Origin: Eledone cirrhosa
Lineage: Eukaryota
Reading direction: 5' to 3'
Assembly (NCBI GenBank): GCA_964016885.1
Contig: OZ024740.1
Location: 336,784,001 to 336,848,000 of the forward strand
DNA: 64,000 bases
Shown here piece after piece: positions 38,739-52,019 of this stretch. Every line of letters starts with the position of its first letter. The first letter of the stretch is position 1. The notes beneath the pieces were generated by a model that saw only the letters and a program-made list of their open reading frames with translations, ran no database searches and was not told where the DNA came from. The translations under genes and the position numbers were made by a program.

Positions 38739-41601
38739 CTGTAGTAATATAACAGTTGTTAGTTCAAATATCAAATGTTAAGACAGGTTGAAAGGAAACC
38801 AAACATATGGTTTTCATTTACTTCTTAGATGTCAATTGTCATATTACTTTTGGTATTTATTCTTGTAATAGAAACATTGTCCCAAATAAAATATCTGGAA
38901 TTAAGCAGCTCCTACTCATACAAATATTTTTATGAAAAAATTCTTTGATGTAATTAACAAACCAAGATACACTACAATTCTACACCATGTGTTTTCTCTG
39001 CTGTGTTTTCATTGCTACTACATTTTCTGCTTCTCTCAGTTAACCAGCAGATATCACCAACCCTATGAAGCCCACCCCCATCAACTTGTGCTTCTCCCAC
39101 CATCCTTACAGTGTCTTAATTCTCAAACCCTCCTGCACTAAACATTTCAACTAATCCTTCATCCCTACAACTGCTAAACTCCTCTCCTGCTAATTCCCCT
39201 TACAAGTATCAACTTCAGGCTAAATATCAACGACTGACCTTACCAATATGTAATGGTCTGCCTAGACAATGGGCACTGATCCGCTGTTTTTTTTTTTGCA
39301 GTATGTAATGACAAAACACTTATAGTGAGTGCAAGTGTAACTAAAATATAACCCAAGCTTTCAGGAATTCACTAGTAAGGATGAAAGACAGAGTTAACCT
39401 CGGCAGGATTTGAACTCAGAATGGCAAGGGCCGTAACTCTATGCGTCAAAGCATGGCGTCCGACCCTCTACCGACACTGCCAATCCACCACCATAGTTAA
39501 GTTATGATAATGAACATATCTCAAATTATTAAAGTCATTTTAACATTTCCATTTACACGATGTTGTTCTTCAGCCACTGAACTAGCAAATCTAAGATTAA
39601 GGGTCTTCCAGTGATTCAAACTCAGATTTGTTTTCTGATAATTCTCAAATGTCATATTCCTATGTACATTGGTACAGGCTTGATCTAAACTCAGAACTTT
39701 GATTTCAAAATGATGGCTATTGCATACGCTTGTAGTTCAGTGGATTAACATTCTTCTCTTAGAAATAAAAGTCTTAAGTTCACATACAGCCCGAGACAAT
39801 GTACATATTTAGGAACATGATCTTTATAATGATCAGAAATCAAAGTGATTAAAATGTCTTATAAATGCCAACACAAAAGACGAGGTTAATAGTTCAAAAA
39901 ACTTTATAGAAAATTAAAAACTCATAAGAGGTTGTGTACAAACTATTTTATAGTAGAATTCTCAAAGTATCTTCTTAAAACAACTCAAACCAGTAACTTA
40001 ATTTGACAACTTTATATAGAGTAGCAAAGATAGTTATTTAGTTCAACCTATGCATTTAAGGCCATTTTTTCTGCTAGAGTAGGGGTTAGTCTTGCAGGCC
40101 ACATGATAGACTTCATACTAATTATGGAGTCCTTTTCATAGCAATGTTTTAAGGCCAGATACATTTACCAGTACCAACCCATTTAGTTGCCTATTACACT
40201 GTAAAGATAATATATTGAATAACTCAGAGAGTAGGTAGTTCTCCACATTCCTTTCTACAAAATGTAAAATAGCTGAGAGAGAGAGAGAGGAAGCAAGCCT
40301 CATTGTTTTTACCTCCCAGAAGATAGTTTATAAAACTGAGGCAAATTTCAACATTTTTAATGTTTTTATAATTATATATAATGTAATGTTTGAATTAGAA
40401 AGTAAGACAGGATCATTGTATTGCTGATACCTGTATTTCTGGATTGATACTTTATCAGCAGGTAACAATGAAATATGTGTGAACAAATAGCAGTTGTTCA
40501 ACAGTTAAGTGATATGTTACAAAAGAGTAACCTGATCACAAAACAAGATAGCTGACCTCACACAGTTCTATAAATATCAAATATTATTTTTTAGTGTTCA
40601 CAACACAAAGTCACATGATATTTAATGGGAAGGTAAAGAAAGTTGCAGTGTTCATACATTCCCAAAGTTATTTCAAAAATAATAAAACAGTTCCAACTGA
40701 AGATCAAAAATCAGGTCATGTACTTGATACATGAAAAACTTAACCACTGCATCATAGCATACTTATCATTGTGGCAGTGGTGATGGTGGTGATTATTATA
40801 ATAATGAGCTTTGAATTAAACATATTTCTACCATCTTGACTAAAACCAGTGTAGTTACCTTGCCCATAGAGACAATGTTGACAGTAGATTGAGAAATTAA
40901 CAGCTTAATGCATTATTCACTTCCCTATTTTATGTAATAATTTCTTCCTGGGGAATAAGACCAATATTTGAAAAAGATGATCATGGCTAAATAGATAAAG
41001 TCTGTTTGTTGTTAGTTCTTATTTTATTAATCTAAAAGAGGAAATTGAGCAGACTACTCTGGAATTTATCTCAGAACCTAAGATAAATAAAGATATTTCC
41101 TCTAGTATTCAATTATTTCTGTCAACTCCACTAACATAATTTGTAAGAATTGTTTCGTTTGTTTGTTTTCTTGATATTATCAGATGTTATGGAACTGCGA
41201 AATATGACTAATACTATTAGATTGTGCCCCTAATGAAATACTGTAGACATGAATACAAAAGATAAACCACTATTTCCACATACACATTCGAAGTAGTTAA
41301 AACATCTCAATATACAAAATATGATAGGGTCTTGCATATGCAATATATCATCATCGTTGTTTTTTGTCTCTTTTTCCATGCTTGCATGGGGTGGACAAGA
41401 TATTTTAAGGTAGCTTTCCTGCCTTTCCTGGTGTCAACATATACTATATTTTAAGTTTGGTAAGTACCACTGACATTCATCAAACCACTACACTGCAGTA
41501 AGAACTGCTAGTGAAAGACATAAACAAATACCACGACTCTTCCTGCCTCTCAGGATGGTGTCAATATGAAAACATTAGCAACAACTGATATGTGTGCGTG
41601 C

Positions 41602-41636
<35 letters not shown>

Positions 41637-42302
41637 ACAGATTTCTTCATAGTTTCAATCTACCAAATTCACTCATAAAGTATTGGTTCAGCCTGAGGCT
41701 ATAATAGAACTGAGAGACTGAACCCTTTGTTAAGTTATACTCCAAACACCAATTTAACAATGAGAAAATTAGAAATATTACTAAATCCCTTCAAATTCTT
41801 GATTATTGTTTCAAAATTATCTGCAAATTATAGGAAGTGTATTTCATTAGAAATATGTTAACAAACAGGTTAATGAGATATGAAACCGAGATAAGCTTTG
41901 GTCTTCATGCAACCCATGCAAGCATGTAAAAACAATGACTCTTTCTCTCTCTTTCTATCAACTGATACTAGAAACATTCACTAGATACCGAATACACACA
42001 CATTGCTAATCACTGATAATATACATACATCACAGATATATACATCTACACACAAACTGCAATCCACTTAGAAAAGTAATACTAATATCAGTAGAAATAC
42101 ATACATGTACTTACATACATACATACATATTCATGCATACACATACATACATACACACTGCAATGCAAGAAAAAATGTTAGAGTGGTGATGGTGGTGGTA
42201 GTGGTATTGGTGGCGGCTATAGTGGTGATTGGTGGTGGTGGTCGTCGTAGTGGCTGTGGTAGCTGTCGTCTAAGTCTGGTGTATTGAGCTAGATGATAGC
42301 AA

Positions 42303-42380
42303 CTGTCCCTGATTACACTGTGTATGCACTGCATAATGCAAAGCTAATGCAATGCAACTAACAATGCAAAACAGACACAG
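42303..42380 (-). ncRNA. mir-33: pre-miR-33 hairpin (mature 5p 42369-42348, UUGCAUUGUUAGUUGCAUUGCA)
   Basis: Matches miR-33-5p GUGCAUUGUAGUUGCAUUGCA except G1U and one inserted U. The 3' arm UGCAGUGCAUACACAGUGUAAUCAGGGACAG pairs with the 5' arm. Basal UG at -14/-13 and CAUC (CNNC) at +16. Sense orientation within an SREBP intron. Confidence 0.93.
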
Positions 42381-43862
42381 TCAAAAGCAGCCACATCAAC
42401 ATTAGGAGACACAGATTTGAAGCTGGTGATGTCGGGAAACAGGCTAGCCAGTAAGATGCAGGATGGTAGACAGACACAGGGGTGCAGGAAAACAATAAAC
42501 AATGCAGCACAACTGATGGTAGCAACTGAAACTGCAGCTGGATATAGTTTCAATACAATGGGCTCTCATGATCTGTTTTTGTTCTGACACAAAGCTTTTG
42601 TTATTCATACACACAGAAACAATGTTTTTGTTGTTTTGTTTTTTTTTTGCTTTGGATAATTTCATTTCAGTACTTCTTTATTGCTTTTGCTTTTCTTTAT
42701 TTTTATCAATTTAAATAAATACTTTTCGAAATATTTTTTTATTTTTGGAGACAACTGATAACCTCACATCTGCAATGTCTTCATATTCTGTCATTAAAAT
42801 AAAATTGTTTTTACCCCAACAAGGACTGCAACTATAGTTGATAAAAACAAGTTTGTGAAAGCCTATATGGCTAGGTGATTATGGTGTTGGTTTTATAATC
42901 ATTATGTTGTGGATTCAATCCCAAGACTGGATGGTGTGTTGTGACTTTGAGTAAGCCACCCATTTCGCATTGCTCCAGTCCACTCAAATGAAAAAATTGA
43001 GTAACAGCAGTTAACCTTGCAATAGACTGGCATCCCACCCAAGCTGGTATGTCTTATATTCTCAGCCAGTTAATGCTACATGAAACCAGGATAAGCTCCA
43101 GCCTGATGGGCCACAGGGGCTTGAGGAAGACTTTGTTTTGAGACACTACAGTTAAAGAAAGGCCCAACAGGGGAATAAACAGATGTTATTAAGATGAATG
43201 TGGCATAAATGAATCCAAATTCCTAGTCTTTAGTAATATGATATTGATAATAATAATGATGATTTTTTTAACATAGACGCAGAATTGATTCTGGAAGGAT
43301 GAACGGCAAATATATGACTATCTTTTAAAAGTTGGAACAGAATGAATAAAAACGTTATTGATTTAGTTCAAGGATTCATGATTCATTTAAAATTAGTACA
43401 AAATATATTGCTTAATCTTTTTCATACCAAAGTGCCTAAAATTGCCCCTGGTTCTATGATACAAAACTATTTGTTTCAAAATGTCTAAATTTATCTAAAA
43501 TCTTTCCATCATAAAAAAAAAGCTGGAAAAAATGTCCATACCAAACAAGTTATTGATTACAAAATTGATACATACATGCATCTAAATTTGATCAATTTCA
43601 ATGATTAGGCATAGACATTGTTATGTGGTTAAGAGTTTCATATCAGGTTTGATTCCAGTGTGTGACACCTTGGGTGAGTGTCTTCTACTATAGCCTTGGG
43701 CTGATTAATGCCATGTGAGTGAAATTTAGTATGTGAAAATTGTGAGGAAATTGTGTGCACGCACATGAAAGAGAGAGAGAGTCTGTCTCCATATTGATAC
43801 TGTTTAAAAACAATTGGTGCCGTATGTTTATGCAGTAGTTAGGCAGGCGAAGATCAGTGGAA

Positions 43863-44540
43863 TCATCATCATCATCGTTTAACGTCCATGTTCCACGCTT
43901 GCATGGGTTTGGATGGGAGTTTTCCCACTTGAGGCAAGAATGGTTGTCTTGCTCACATAGGACTGTCTGGCGGGTTTTCTACAGCTGGATGTCCTTCCTA
44001 ACACCAACCACATTTACAGTGTGGGACTGGGAGGTTTTTACCGTGTTGCCTACACAGCCACATTACAGCGTGGACTGTGTGTTTTTTTTGTCGTGACACC
44101 TACACGATCTCATTTGTTTCGGCCTGGATGTTGTGGCACCAACATAACTTTACATAGGAGGGGGCGGTGTGGATGGGGTGGGGGTGGTGGGACGGGGGTG
44201 TATTTTGTTAGAGGTGCCTACTGACTGTAGTAGGTTTTACTTTGTATTTAGGAAGGCGGGTCTTCTCTATTACTGAGTACCGCCAAAGATCTCGGTCCAG
44301 TGACATTGTCTTGGAGAGGTGTAAGTGTGTGAGGTCGGAATTTATCAGGTCGTCCCAGGTTTTTCTGGGTCTGCCTACTCCGTGGCTACCGTCTATCTTT
44401 ATTGCCCTGCACTTTTTTATACAGCTGTCGTCTTTCATGCGCATCACGTGACCATACCAACGTAGCCTTCTCTCGACTAAACAACATCTGATCCCTCTTA
44501 TTTCTAATTTTTCCCTTAGTTCGTTTATGCTTTGCCGTTC
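43863..44540 (-). mobile_element. Young RTE LINE 3' end
   Basis: ORF 44208-44447 is nearly identical to the end of ORF 45507-46430; (CAT)n tail at 43863. Confidence 0.92.
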
Positions 44541-45489
44541 GGAATAGATACCATATTTAAAAATAAGGATGGGTATCAGGAAAGGCTGTAGAATACTGCC
44601 TCAAAATATCTCAACCAATCCATGACATCATGGAAACTTGGACATAAAACAATGAAGACAATGATGAGTCATGTAAATTTGGCATAAAATATATTGATTA
44701 AAGATCGTTTAAGTATGTATTGCCACCATAACAGACACTATTTGCACACAGGTGTAAAGTTTTACTTTTCGTCATTTCATTTATTCAAGATGATTAAAAT
44801 TAGTCATCATCATCGTTTCATGTCCACTTTTTATACTGACATGGGTTGGACAGTTTGTCACAGTCAAAGACTAGATGAATCAGAGGATCACATCTTGCTC
44901 ATATGTTCGATTTTGGTATTGTTTCTATGACTGGACGCCTTTCCTAATGCCAACCACTTTACTGAGTATACCAGGTGCATTTTATTGTGGCACCAGCACT
45001 ACCACATACTGAGTGCATGAGCTGCATTTCATTGTGGCACTAACACTGTCACTTTGTAATAATGTAATTCCTAATGTCATTAAAAATTTCAAATTGATCT
45101 ATTTTTACCTGCTGTTTTTGCAACTCAGTAATTTACAGCATATTTTGAAACTCTCTTAAGTTTTGGAGTATCATATATTGAAGAACATTTAGTTAAGGAG
45201 AGAAGGACAATGCCCATGGCCCTTTTCAGGGCTCCAAACACTGGTGGGAGAGAAGAAGGGAGGAAGATATCCTCAAACCAGAGACCTGGTCCAAATGCTT
45301 GCAACAGAGGCCACTATAGGGCAAAGTGGTGGTGCTAAACTGGATTATGGATTAAGTCTACCATCCATGTAGGCCATACCAGGATTTCAAGTTAGAACCA
45401 ATAAGATGGAACAAATACCATAAGGCATCTCATCAGATGCTCTAACATTTCCAACAATCCACTACTCTAGATCGATAATTTATTTATAA

Positions 45490-46935
45490 CGCTCATAGCT
45501 GAATCAATGGCTGAACTAGAGAAGAAATTCCAAACATGGAAGCATGGCCTAGAATCAAAAGGCCTTAAAGTTAACTTGTCTAAGACTAAAGTTCTAGTTT
45601 GTAGGAAGGAAAATAGGGCACCGGTCCCATCTGGGAAATGGCCATGCTCAGTGTGTAGGAAAGGAGTAGGCAGAAACTTCATTTTATGTCCCAAATGCAA
45701 AATATGGGTACATAAAAGATGTAGTGGGATCACAGGTAAGCTAACTAAGAATATAGATTTTATATGTGGCCGGTGCTCTGGTGCAATAAGTAGCAGCAAG
45801 TGCCCACAGAATACTAACTCATTCCATTGCACAGATGGTTCTATAGAAATAGTGGACAGCTTTCGTTACCTGGGTGACAAAATCAGCAGTGGGGGAGAGT
45901 GCTCTGAAAGTACAGTAGCTAGAGTCAGAACTGGATGGAAAAAGTTCAGAGAGCTTATACCACTATTGGCCGCTAAAGGGTTCTCTCTAAAAATGAAAGG
46001 CAGGCTGTATGATGCCTGCATACGAACAGCAATGTTACATGGCAGTGACACCTGGGCATTGTGTGCAGAGGATATACGCAGACTGGAGAGAAACGAAGCT
46101 TGCATGCTCCGCTGGATGTGTAATAGTAATATACGTGAACGGCAAAGCATAAACGAACTAAGGGAGAAATTAGGAATAAGAGGGATCAGATGTTGTTTAC
46201 TCGAGAGAAGACTACATTGGTACAGTCACGTGATGCGCATGAAAGACGACAGCTGTATAAAAAAGTGCAGGGCGATAAAAATAGACGGTAGCCACAGAGT
46301 AGGCAGACCCAGAAAAACCTGGGACGACTTGATAAATTCCGACCTCACACACTTACACCTCTCCAAGACAATGTCACTGGACCGAGAGCTTTTGCACTAC
46401 ACAGTTATACAGAAGACCCGCCTTGCCTAAGTACAAAGCGAAACCTACAGTCAGTAGGCACCTCTAACGTCCCACTACCCCCACCCATCCATACCACCCC
46501 CTTAAATGTGAAGTTATGTTGGTACCACAACATCCAGTTCGAAACAAATGAGGTTGTGTAGGTGTCATGACAAAAAAACACACAGTCCACGCTGTAAAGT
46601 GGCCGTGTAGGTAACACGGTAAAAACCTCCCAGTATACACTGTAAACGTGGTTGATGTTGGGAAGGGCATCCAGCCGTAGAAAACCCGCCAGGCGTGTAG
46701 GTGTCACGACAAAAATACACAGTCCACGCTGTAATGTGGCCGTGTAGGTAACACGGTAAAAACCTCCCAGTCTACACTGTAAACATGGTTGGTGTTAGGA
46801 AGGGCATCCAGCCGTAGAAAACCCGCCAGACAGTCCTGAGCAAGACAACCAATCTTGCCTCAAGTGGGACAATTCCCGTCCAGACCCATGCTAGCATGGA
46901 AGATGGACGTTAAATGATGATGATGATGATGATGA
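45490..46935 (+). mobile_element. 5'-truncated RTE LINE (C-terminal RT, PHD-like finger, 3' tail)
   Basis: ORF 45507-46430 has CSVC..CPKC..HKRC..CGRC, FRYLG and GRPRKTW. Tail ends in (GAT)n. Confidence 0.93.
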
Positions 46936-47273
46936 ACCCTGAAAGAATGAAAGCTAAAGTTGACCTCAGTGAGATCTGAAAAGACGGCCAGAAAAAATAT
47001 GGTAAAGTATTTGCCCTATGCTGTAACATCTCAGCCAATTCACTACTTTTTGGTATCAGTATATCAAATGACACACACAAAAATTGTAATTACCTCAAAG
47101 AAATGGTATGAAACTAAAGTTTAATAAAGAAACATTTTTTTTACCTTTTGTTTGAGTAATAACTTCTTTCAATTATCAAATATTAGCAATACACATCAAG
47201 TGTAATAAATAAAGCTGAAAAATATTACAATATCTGCTTAATTGAAAAGATAAAAGTCCAAACTACAGCTTAC

Positions 47274-47445
47274 TTTAATAATATCGTCATGTTCAGAACT
47301 CTTTTCAAATTTAAGACTTTCGCGAAGTAAGCGTCCAGCATGATCGCACTGGCGGAGTATGCTAGAGTCAGAAACATTTTGAGTACTGGACAGGAATCGG
47401 CGTCGAGCTTTGTAGGCAAAGAAGACAGCTTTAGGAAGTGGATCA
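47274..47445 (-). CDS. SREBF: SREBP exon
   Basis: DPLPKAVFFAYKARR...CDHAGRLLRESL...DIIK; phase 2 to 0. Confidence 0.95.
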
Positions 47446-49110
47446 CTGTAGAAATAAAATGGGATAGAATAAACCAATGAACAATAAAATAAAAACTGAT
47501 AAAGAAATTTAAAATTAATTGTTAGGATCATATATGAAAATATATTAAAAATATCACAATAAAGAAGTAAAGAAAATCCTTACAAGATTTAGATTCAAAT
47601 CTATAGAATACGTTCAAAATATGAACTCTTTATTTCTGTTCCTCAAAGTTATCTTCTAATATATTCTTAAAACAAGTTTCGTGATTTTAGGTGTGCTTTG
47701 TGATTTCTGTTGTCTAGCATCAAATTAGCCCTGATTTAGTAGACCTATGATCAAAGTTGTTCCAGCTATGATCATCCTGTTTTTTCTTTAGGCATCAACT
47801 TCTCTAGTACTGGTGCAATGAAAAATACACCCAGTACACCCTGTATGGTGGTTGGTGACAGGAAGAACATCCAGCTTTAGAAACTATACTAAAAAAAAAG
47901 GGATGAAAGGACTCTCTAGTTGTGTCGAGGGCACAACCTCTATAATGTTGGTGACATGATAAATTGTAAAGTGGTTGATGGAAGGAAAGGCATCCAGTTA
48001 TAGAAAACTTGCTAAACAAAGGGTTGAGAGGGTCCTATAATTATGTCAAAAACATGACAACCTGCCTAGCGCTGATGCCACAATAAAATTAACCTTGTGC
48101 ACTCTGTAGAGTGAGGGAATGTATATAAGCAAAATGCAACTCCCTTAGCCCATCTGAAAAGTCAATAGCTTTGATTAAGTTCTGACTTAGTCTCTGACAA
48201 CACATCCAATCCTTGCTAACAGGGAAAACAGATGTTGAATGATGATGATGTTTCTGTAGCCTAGACTATGTTATTCAATGTGGCCTTTTTGAAGATAGTA
48301 GGGTGTGATTTGAGGGAGATTTGGCTTCTATTTCTAGTTGGTTAAGTGACCAAGTAAAATCCACTTCATTGGCTGGTGATTGTGGTTGTTGCAAAGAAGA
48401 GTAATCAGTGGACAGATAACGATGATGATGATGATGACCTAAGCTGTAATGATATAGAAATTTTGATTCTAACATTCTCTATTGGCTTTTATTATTGACA
48501 TACCATATGTATATTAGTTTTCTTCAAAAAGGAAAGGAGCTGATCATCAGATTGGACCAAGAAAACTATATTTCTATTGGTCTTTCCATTGTTCATAATA
48601 TCTACTGATCACAACTTCTAGCAAAAGGAGGAGGTGGGATTTAGACTTAGGATGCACAGAGCCAGATTAGATACCATAAGGCATCCTGCCAGTCTCTAAC
48701 AGTTCTGCCAATCCCTGCCTCTAGACTGGTACTTTATTTATTGACCCCAAAAATGATGAAAAGCAAGTTACCATTGTTGGGATTTGAACTCACAAGACCA
48801 GAACAAATACCAAAGTATTTAATTTAATACTTTAACAACTCTGCCAATTTGTCACCTAAAAAAGCTACACCATATTCTTGAATGACATAAGGAAGAAAAG
48901 AGTTGAAAAATAAATTTTAATACAGAACACCCACTTTATCTGCTTACAAGTTCCAGGCTTTAACATATACAGGTATAAACAGATAAGCTCTTATCCCACA
49001 GACACATCATCATCATCATCATCATCATCACCTACTACAGATATATAGAAATATTATAGAAACATGTCATCAGTCACGCATAAAACAAAACACAAAGTGT
49101 TAATTCTTAC

Positions 49111-49261
49111 CTTGCACCAATAAATTTCTTGGGGAAAACATCGAGAAGATGAAAGTTTCGTTCAGCATTTCCATAATCACCAGTGAACCAGTAAGTTGCC
49201 ACATTGACAATAGCTGACCACCACCGAGCTATTTCATCAACATCCAACACAGAAGGAACCA
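49111..49261 (-). CDS. SREBF: SREBP exon
   Basis: DVDEIARWWSAIVNVATYWFTGD (cf. DPVAKWWAS..IHWL..D); phase 1 to 2. Confidence 0.94.
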
Positions 49262-49678
49262 CTGATAATAAAACAAAAGATGTCTTACTTAATACTTTGG
49301 TCATGCTGGCCCAGTATTCCAGTCCCAACAATGTTTGATTGTACTCAACCAGCTCAATATACCATTCACACGCCTCTGTTTACTACTGTTATTTACACTA
49401 ATTTCTTCATGAATCAGTAAATATTGCTTTAGTCTGAGGTTTTCAGTAAAGTATATGTCAAATTTCAAGTATGATTGACAAATATAATTTTTTCAGTGAT
49501 TTTTTGTGAACATCTAGGTTTGAGATCTGCACATATTGTAGAGGGTCAGAATTCAAAAAGTTAAACATGTTACAATAGAAACAACAGATCTGTGAAACTG
49601 TCTCCTTTCACTCAATAAACTTCAGTTATATTATCAGTTACATTATAGGACTGGTAACAGTATTGTATCAAATAGACC

Positions 49679-49725
<47 letters not shown>

Positions 49726-50053
49726 CATCTGCCCACCCACCCTAGGGTAGTGAGGTGATGACATTGTGTTGATTGACAATATTATATATAGAACACTTGA
49801 CTCAGCCCTGGGTAGAATAGTGATGATAATTTGTTGATAAACTATTTATGTATAGGTATACAGTGTTTCTGGACGATATTACAGCACACCTATTCCACTC
49901 ATTATAGTACATTGGTTATGTTACAATGATGGTGAAACACAAAACAACTGACAGCAATTTTGTAAAATTTAATCATAGTCACAGGGACACACTAGTTTTT
50001 TGAGACAATCTAAATCTTTCACTCACTAAAATATAAAGAAACCATATTCTTAC

Positions 50054-50169
50054 CTTGATTGGGCAGCTTTGCAGAGTCTTGAATAAGAATTGTTGATTCT
50101 TTAGACTGTAAGCAAGAACAATCTGCCAAAAGCTGGGTGTATTGTGTCACCTCACTTATAAAACTAGTT
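50054..50169 (-). CDS. SREBF: SREBP exon
   Basis: TSFISEVTQYTQLLADCS (cf. ALGYLQLLNSCS); phase 2 to 1. Confidence 0.88.
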
Positions 50170-51005
50170 CTGAAAACAACAAAGATAATTAATAGATGCA
50201 AGATTAGAGTTTCTAACTTCTAAGCATTTTAAAACTTTCACATATTTATTTGTACTAGTCAAGATATTTCTACATTTTTCTTATTTTCCAAAATTTTATT
50301 TTTCACAAGTACAAAGCTTCACATTTATAAGACACTTGGAAATTAGATTGTTTGACATTCATGTCATCATCATGAACATTAATTAGATAAATTAACTGAA
50401 AAGCAAAACCTATTCCCTCAGCTCATATAGCTCAGTGATTTCATCTCATGTAGCACACTGGCTGGTCCATACTACAAAGATCCCGCAACTCATGAAGTAA
50501 CTGACAGACCATAGCACTGATTCCTTCACTCATGTAGCACACAGCCTAGTCATCACACACATAGACGTTCAATGATGTTGATGATGATACAGAGTATTCC
50601 TGCATGCCGTAATAGATGACTAAAATAGTTGATATATGGATGAGCATTTAGCCATAAAAAACTGCTTCAAAAAGTTCCATTCAACCCATGCCAGTATGGA
50701 AAAGCAGGCTTAAATATGATTATGATATTTGTGACATAACTTCAGAAAAGTAATGATTTCCCAACTTAAGTAGCACATTAGTAGGTGTGTTAATTAAAAT
50801 ATGAACATTTTAAAATGAAAGGTACAGTATCACAGATGCAAAGATGGTCTAATTTAGATAAGTATCAACAAGAAATAAAAATCTTAATTGGTCAGTGAGT
50901 GTAAGGTCATAAATTTAAAAGAACTCTCCACATTGGTTATAAAAAATATGTTGAATATTTTGAAAAAAGAAATATATTTAAAATTGCCAAAGATTGATAC
51001 AGTAC

Positions 51006-51099
51006 CTTTCCCATTTTTGAGATGGATTGTTCAAGATAGCAAGTGACTTAGCTAAAAGGTGTTCGCGGAAGTGCCTAGTCACAATAGCCAGGGGATCAA
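51006..51099 (-). CDS. SREBF: SREBP exon
   Basis: DPLAIVTRHFREHLLAKSL (cf. DPLAQVTQLFREHLLERAL); phase 1 to 2. Confidence 0.95.
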
Positions 51100-52019
51100 C
51101 TGAAAAAAAGAATTAGCAAAAAAAAAAAAAATGAAATGTAGGTTTTATTTGATGGCAAGAACATTTGATCCCTAATTATGTAGACAATGTATTGGATACT
51201 GATCCTAAATATCATGGGCCCTTAACTCATGGTGTTGAGAAAAGACGATAGAAGAAATTGATACCTTCAAACAGGGATAGGTTTCCATTATTTGGTGTAA
51301 CAGACAATATCACTCACTACAGACCATTTATCAAAACTCTGTAGAAACCTTCCAAGTAACTAAAACATTGATTCCACCACAGAACCAAGCAAGTTCTTCA
51401 TACATCCATAGATGCAAAACCTTTGACACATCATCAGTGTTATATTCTGGAGTCACTGAGTGTTTCAGGTCTTAGAACATACACCTTGATATAGGTGACA
51501 CAACCAAAGTTGATCATGCCTCAGTCAGTATCCAAGTACATACTACTGACTCCACCAACCACTTCTTTTCATCTAAAGGCATCTAGATGCCCTCTCTGCT
51601 ATTTCCATGCTATTCCTGATAGTTCTCCATCTGTTTGCTCCCATAATGTCCAAAGTTCCATAGGCTTTGCTAAGAGAACAAGCTACAAACCTCAGCTACC
51701 TATCTCTAATGATATACACCTGGTCCTCCACCCATTCCTGTGGCAGTCCTGCACCAAGTCTTGTTATGTTGCTCAAAAGCAACAATATTATCATTTTGTT
51801 GATAATCCCAGTTTTTTTATCCCGCTTATTTAACTTCATTTATTTTATAACATGCATTTTATGAAAAATAGAGCCGTTGATTATAGGTTTCTAAAGGGCT
51901 AATCATTGGTTTACTACAATTTATGGTGGTGAGAGTAACACAAGAAATCTGTGCAACTTGGGCTATATATATACTACAAAATATTTTTGCTTAAATATAC
52001 TGGTTTATCAGTTTCTCAT

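Noticed and set aside
42400-42560. Second miRNA next to miR-33 (contains another TGCATTG on the minus strand)
   Set aside because: Only short direct repeats; no convincing long hairpin by eye.
49722-50550. Two short diverged tandem duplications (~68 bp at 49722-49845, ~82 bp at 50430-50550)
   Set aside because: Ordinary intronic slippage duplications with no further structure.
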